From: Pseudobdellovibrionaceae bacterium
Lineage (GTDB): Bacteria; Bdellovibrionota; Bdellovibrionia; Bdellovibrionales; JAMPXM01
DNA: 17,589 nt
Direction: 5' to 3'
Assembly (NCBI GenBank): GCA_016791465.1
Contig: JAEUWE010000216.1
Location: forward strand, 1-17,589
The translations under genes and the position numbers were made by a program. The notes beneath the pieces were generated by a model. It saw only the letters and a list, made by a program, of their open reading frames with translations. It was not told the DNA's origin and searched no databases. How positions within the stretch are numbered: the first letter of the stretch is position 1; each line of letters begins with the position of its first letter. Positions 13,619-17,589 of this stretch are shown here, one piece after another.

Positions 13619-14905
13619 ATGTTGAGAATCCAACAATGGACGGCCGTTCTCGCGGTGGGAATCGTCATGACTTTGATCGGCTGTAAGGCCGATCAAAACA
13701 CGTTCACCGAACCAAACGCCTCGATTGGAACTGGCGACGGCAGCGGTAGCATTGATTCGACAGCGGGATTTAAGTTGTCCTTGAAGGCAAAGGCGGGTGT
13801 AACGACACTTCTGCATAAGTTTGGCGACTACGCCGCAGCCTGTGAGATTGCCAAGGGGACGACGACTCCGACTTCAATCAACTGCCTTTTGAACATGATG
13901 GAGTATGATCTCTATTTTTACGGCTTTGATTTACAGGTCACAGTTCCGGCGGATACCTGTAGTTTTCTTGAGGAAGACCCGTATCGCTTTTATAAGGCAG
14001 AACCTGGGGTGGGTCCGTCTGCGATTTCAGTTGTTGTGAATGGCGGCGGTACGATGACGTCTTGTGTTGTCGATACTCAGGACGTGTCGGGCACAATTAA
14101 CGGCAACGTTTGTTATGCGGGTGAGGTTACGGTGTTTGCCTCTGGGACCGCAAAATGTGCGTATGATCACACTGATGATGATGGGCCGAATTGCTGTCGG
14201 GGTACCGGGGCGATCACGCTTACAAAAACTGTAGGAGCGGATACGTCAGTAACTTCCACAGAGGTTGACTGGGGTGGGACGTATGAAGCGTGCACGGAAT
14301 CTCCACATGACTACATTGCGGAATGGCCAAAGTTGCAAGAGAAAGCCGCGACCGTGATCAACGGTCTGAATGGCGCGGCGCTCAGTAAAGTGACTAAGTT
14401 TCCGAGCGTCATCAAGCTTTTGTCAGACGGTCTTCGCAATGGCCACCGCTCCGTTTTCTTGCACGCCAATATGTATGATTGGGCGGGATATCAGGCGAAT
14501 CCATCGACATGGGGAACCAATGCTGCAACAGTCCCAGCGGCTTTTTATACTGACATTGATCGCGGCCCGCTCGGAGACCGATTGACGGCAAACGGCGCGA
14601 CGGCTTTGAACTCATATCGTCATGGTACCTATCGTTTCCGCTGTTTGGGACCAGCTGGCGAGCTAAAGCAGAGTATTACTTTGATGGTCCAGTCCTGGAA
14701 CACGTCAGAGGAATTCGATGCCTATCTGGACACTGGGGACTATGCAGCGGCCGATCCGTACGTGCAGGGCACCGCGGGAGTTGATTGCTCGTCCGTTAGC
14801 ACGGGATACTCCTGCAACTCATTGTGGAGCTTTGATGATCTCACCATCGTTGAGGGTGCTGGATACTTCTACCCTAATGAGCACAACCGCAGCTCGCCAC
14901 CTTGA
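13619..14905 (+). CDS. Hypothetical Cys-rich lipoprotein
   Basis: ATG at 13619 with GAAGGAG 8 nt upstream. The signal peptide and lipobox are MLRIQQWTAVLAVGIVMTLIG-C. The ~405-aa mature protein has 12 further Cys, including a CC pair. I recognise no family. Confidence 0.7.
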   Translation: MLRIQQWTAVLAVGIVMTLIGCKADQNTFTEPNASIGTGDGSGSIDSTAGFKLSLKAKAGVTTLLHKFGDYAAACEIAKGTTTPTSINCLLNMMEYDLYFYGFDLQVTVPADTCSFLEEDPYRFYKAEPGVGPSAISVVVNGGGTMTSCVVDTQDVSGTINGNVCYAGEVTVFASGTAKCAYDHTDDDGPNCCRGTGAITLTKTVGADTSVTSTEVDWGGTYEACTESPHDYIAEWPKLQEKAATVINGLNGAALSKVTKFPSVIKLLSDGLRNGHRSVFLHANMYDWAGYQANPSTWGTNAATVPAAFYTDIDRGPLGDRLTANGATALNSYRHGTYRFRCLGPAGELKQSITLMVQSWNTSEEFDAYLDTGDYAAADPYVQGTAGVDCSSVSTGYSCNSLWSFDDLTIVEGAGYFYPNEHNRSSPP

Positions 14906-14947
14906 ACTTTCTTGAAAGGAAGTTGGCGATTTTTCACATCGAATAAG

Positions 14948-14976
14948 GCTCACCGATCTGGTGGGCTTTATTTTTG
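14948..14976 (+). terminator. Rho-independent terminator after the lipoprotein gene
   Basis: Stem GCTCACC (14948-14954) / GGTGGGC (14960-14966) with one G.U pair and loop GATCT, followed by TTTATTTTT. Confidence 0.65.
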
Positions 14977-15027
14977 AATTGAGAGCTGGTCGAAGCCGCT
15001 GTGGTCGGTCCTGAATTTGCTCTCAGT

Positions 15028-15045
15028 GGAGGACGGAGGTCCTCC
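15028..15045 (+). promoter_or_regulatory. GC-rich hairpin containing two GGAGG Shine-Dalgarno-like motifs, abutting the ATG at 15046
   Basis: GGAGGAC (15028-15034), loop GGAG, GTCCTCC (15039-15045): a perfect 7-bp stem. The second GGAGG (15035-15039) lies 6 nt before the ATG. Confidence 0.4.
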
Positions 15046-15354
15046 ATGTCTGGGTTCGAGTCGTGCTGTATGGCGTCCCGTCGGGAACTGCGCCGTCGGC
15101 TTTTCATCGTAGTTCTTCTGGCATTGGCGGCTCTTGCGGCGACCCAGTATTGGGGCCAGCATCGGGCTCATGTGGATCCCGGTCCGTCTGACGAGCGATC
15201 AGAGACAAAGATGCCCATAGAAAAGGCGCCTTTGCATACGAGTGATGATCTGGTCGACCTTGGCATTGGTCCCGAGGGCGATGGGCCAAGGCCTGAAGAC
15301 ATGGTCGCCGAAGCCCAAAAAGCTTTAGCTCAAGGCCTTGAAGCGCGGCCCTAA
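15046..15354 (+). CDS. Hypothetical small single-pass membrane protein
   Basis: 102 aa from ATG 15046, with a near-ideal SD (GGAGG, 6-nt spacer). A basic stretch RRELRRR precedes the TM helix LFIVVLLALAALAATQYW, and an acidic, Pro/Gly-rich tail follows. No family is recognised, and it could be non-coding leader sequence. Confidence 0.4.
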   Translation: MSGFESCCMASRRELRRRLFIVVLLALAALAATQYWGQHRAHVDPGPSDERSETKMPIEKAPLHTSDDLVDLGIGPEGDGPRPEDMVAEAQKALAQGLEARP

Positions 15355-15393
15355 CGTTTGAGCCTGCCGGCGCAAGCGAGTAGACTTACAGGA

Positions 15394-17589
15394 ATGAGCA
15401 ACCAACTCCCTGATCGCTACAATGCCGCTGACGTTGAATCTCGAATCTACAAATGGTGGGAAGAGGCCGGCCACTTTAAAGCCGCTGACCAGAGCAAGAA
15501 GCCGCCGTTTGCCATCATCCTCCCTCCGCCCAACGTCACCGGTCAGCTGCACATGGGCCACGCTCTTGATCACACGATTCAAGATCTGATCGTTCGTTGG
15601 AAGCGCATGTCGGGCTTCAACACGCTCTGGCTTCCGGGCACGGATCACGCGGGTATTGCGACGCAGTCCGTAGTTGAGCGCGAACTTCGAAAAGAAAATA
15701 AATCGCGGCGTGAAATGGGTCGTGAGCCTTTTGTTGAAAAGGTTTGGGAGTGGAAGCACCAGTACGGCAATCGCATTTACGAACAGATGCGCCGGCTTGG
15801 AGATTCTTGCGATTGGGAGCGCGCGACGTTCACACTTGATGACGGTGTTTCGACGGCTGTTCGAAAAGTGTTCGTCGATCTCTATAAGCGAAACATGATC
15901 TATCGCGGGACACGCCTTGTGAATTGGTCGGGGCCGCTTGAGACTGCGATCTCGGATCTTGAAGTTGAGCACAAGGAAACAAAAGGTACATTGTACCATA
16001 TCGCATACTCGGTTGATGGCGATCCGTCGACGAAGCTTGTGGTGGCGACAACGCGACCTGAGACGATGCTTGGCGATACGGCAGTCGCAGTTCATCCCGA
16101 AGACGAGCGCTACAAAAAGTTGATCGGTCGTCGCGTGAAGCTCCCGCTCACCGATCGCACGATTCCAATCGTGGCCGATGCCTATGTCGACAAAGAATTT
16201 GGAACGGGTGTGGTGAAGATCACGCCTGCGCATGACTTTAACGACTACCAAGTCGGTGTTCGTCACAAGCTTGAGATGATCAACATCTTGAATAAAAACG
16301 GCACGCTCAACGAGAACGCCGGCCGCTTTAGCGGCCTGAAGGTTCAAGAGGCGCGGAAACAGGTTTTGGCGGCTTTGAAAGAGGCCGAACTGGTTCTGAA
16401 AGAAGAGCCGCATGTTCACTCGGTGGGCTATTGCTCGCGTTCGGGTGCTGTTGTTGAACCGTTTTTGAGCGAGCAGTGGTTTGCGCGCATGTCGCAGATG
16501 GCGACGGCCGCTCGTCACGTGGTTGAGAACGGTTCGATTCGCTTTGAGCCCGAGTCGTGGACGAAGGTTTATCTCCACTGGATTTCGATCATTGAAGACT
16601 GGTGTATCTCGCGCCAGCTGTGGTGGGGGCATCGGATTCCCGCATGGACATGTGCTGACTGCCATCACGTGACAGTTGCAGAAGCGGATCCAGCGGCGTG
16701 TGAGAAGTGTCAGTCAAAGAACATCAAGCAAGATGAGGACGTGCTCGACACGTGGTTCTCGTCAGCGCTGTGGCCGTTCAGCACAATGGGCTGGCCAAAA
16801 GACACTGAGACGCAGAAGACGTTCTATCCGACGGATGTTTTGGTCACCGGCCACGATATCATTTTCTTCTGGGTCGCGCGCATGATCATCATGGGCCTGG
16901 AGTTTAAAAAAGATGTTCCGTTCCGCAAAGTCTATATCCACGGATTGGTACGCGACTCCGATGGCAAGAAGATGTCCAAGTCGACCGGCAATGCGCTTGA
17001 TCCCGTCGAGCTGATCGAGAACTACGGTGCCGATGCTCTGCGCTTTACGATTCTTGCGCAGATCGCTTCGGGTCGAGATTTGAAGTTTAGCGAAAGCCGT
17101 CTTGAGGGCTATCGCAACTTTATGAATAAGATCTGGAACGCGACTCGTTTTGCGATGAATGCACTGGGCGATTTTGAAGTGCCCAAAGAGGGAACTCGCG
17201 CGGTTCCTCCGAAGTCCGAGCTATCGGTCGCTGATCAGTGGTTGGTTTGGGAAACGGCACAGGTGGAGAAAGCCGTTGAGGAGCATCTCGCACAGGATCG
17301 CTATAGCGACGCGGCGAATGCGCTCTATCAGTTTGTTTGGAACGAGTTCTGCGATTGGTATCTTGAGTTTGTGAAGCCGATTATCTACGGACAGACCGGC
17401 TCCGCGAGTGAAAAGAAAGCGACGCAGCTGGTTCTAGCGCAGACGTTGAATCGTATCATGCGTCTGCTCCACCCGTTCACGCCCTTCATCACTGAAGAGA
17501 TTTATCAAAAGCTTCCGATTCGCGGAGAGGCTTGTATTGTCGATCAGTATCCGACCGTGAAGAACGACAAAGAGTGGCTCTCGGTTGGC
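15394..17589 (+). CDS. valS: Valine--tRNA ligase (3'-truncated by the window edge)
   Basis: This gene is not in the supplied ORF track because no stop codon lies inside the window. I translated it by hand from ATG 15394: MSNQLPDRYNAADVESRIYKWWEEAGHFKA... Landmarks are the HIGH motif HMGH at 15550-15561, TRPETMLGDTAVAVHP, EDWCISRQLWWGHRIP, DEDVLDTWFSS and KMSKS at 16969-16983. The frame stays open for 732 codons to position 17589. Confidence 0.95.
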   Translation, partial: MSNQLPDRYNAADVESRIYKWWEEAGHFKAADQSKKPPFAIILPPPNVTGQLHMGHALDHTIQDLIVRWKRMSGFNTLWLPGTDHAGIATQSVVERELRKENKSRREMGREPFVEKVWEWKHQYGNRIYEQMRRLGDSCDWERATFTLDDGVSTAVRKVFVDLYKRNMIYRGTRLVNWSGPLETAISDLEVEHKETKGTLYHIAYSVDGDPSTKLVVATTRPETMLGDTAVAVHPEDERYKKLIGRRVKLPLTDRTIPIVADAYVDKEFGTGVVKITPAHDFNDYQVGVRHKLEMINILNKNGTLNENAGRFSGLKVQEARKQVLAALKEAELVLKEEPHVHSVGYCSRSGAVVEPFLSEQWFARMSQMATAARHVVENGSIRFEPESWTKVYLHWISIIEDWCISRQLWWGHRIPAWTCADCHHVTVAEADPAACEKCQSKNIKQDEDVLDTWFSSALWPFSTMGWPKDTETQKTFYPTDVLVTGHDIIFFWVARMIIMGLEFKKDVPFRKVYIHGLVRDSDGKKMSKSTGNALDPVELIENYGADALRFTILAQIASGRDLKFSESRLEGYRNFMNKIWNATRFAMNALGDFEVPKEGTRAVPPKSELSVADQWLVWETAQVEKAVEEHLAQDRYSDAANALYQFVWNEFCDWYLEFVKPIIYGQTGSASEKKATQLVLAQTLNRIMRLLHPFTPFITEEIYQKLPIRGEACIVDQYPTVKNDKEWLSVG

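Noticed and set aside
14906-15393. Possible T-box or other leader RNA for valS
   Set aside because: I could not find specifier, AGAGA or T-box (GGUGGNACCGCG-like) elements. T-box control is also not expected outside Firmicutes-like lineages. The region is better explained by a terminator plus a small ORF.
15325-16668. 447-aa minus-strand ORF, the longest item in the ORF track in this region
   Set aside because: It lies entirely antisense to a hand-translated plus-strand frame that is unmistakably valS (HIGH, KMSKS, editing and anticodon-binding motifs). Its own sequence is Arg/His/Leu-rich with no recognisable motifs. It is a shadow ORF.
1-17589. CRISPR arrays, IS/transposase genes, integrases, tRNA/rRNA genes, large direct or inverted repeats
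   Set aside because: None was seen by eye. All intergenic gaps are 210 bp or shorter and lack tRNA T-loop-like motifs or repeat-spacer periodicity. A computational repeat or tRNA scan would be needed to exclude small elements.

Overview
The window reads as a bacterial chromosomal segment of roughly 50-55% GC (judged by eye). Its gene content suggests a Bdellovibrio-like or deltaproteobacteria-like predatory lineage, but that is a low-confidence inference. I support 18 coding regions and saw no rRNA, tRNA, CRISPR array or transposase/IS. The left third (33-6657, minus strand) is the most unusual part. It is a six-gene, translationally coupled operon that opens with a lone TadB/TadC-type (T2SS-F) pilus platform gene, followed by a DUF192 gene. 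Three membrane-anchored FHA proteins come next, carrying four FHA domains in total: one FHA-TM-sensor-TM-HAMP-PAS protein and two FHA-TM-TPR proteins. The operon closes with a PP2C-like gene whose catalytic Asp residues appear lost. No kinase, ATPase, secretin or pilin is visible in the window. The middle holds a division-associated housekeeping cluster: an unusual Maf-YggS fusion, proC and divIVA, interrupted by an oppositely oriented orphan secreted-protein gene. Next is a minus-strand envelope cluster (beta-barrel-like outer-membrane protein, YggU/DUF167, dienelactone hydrolase, secreted endonuclease I), placed divergently from a Cys-rich lipoprotein gene. The right end carries a small membrane-protein ORF and a 3'-truncated valS. 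valS is absent from the supplied ORF track, which instead shows a spurious 447-aa antisense ORF. All family assignments come from by-eye motif recognition and need HMM or BLAST confirmation.
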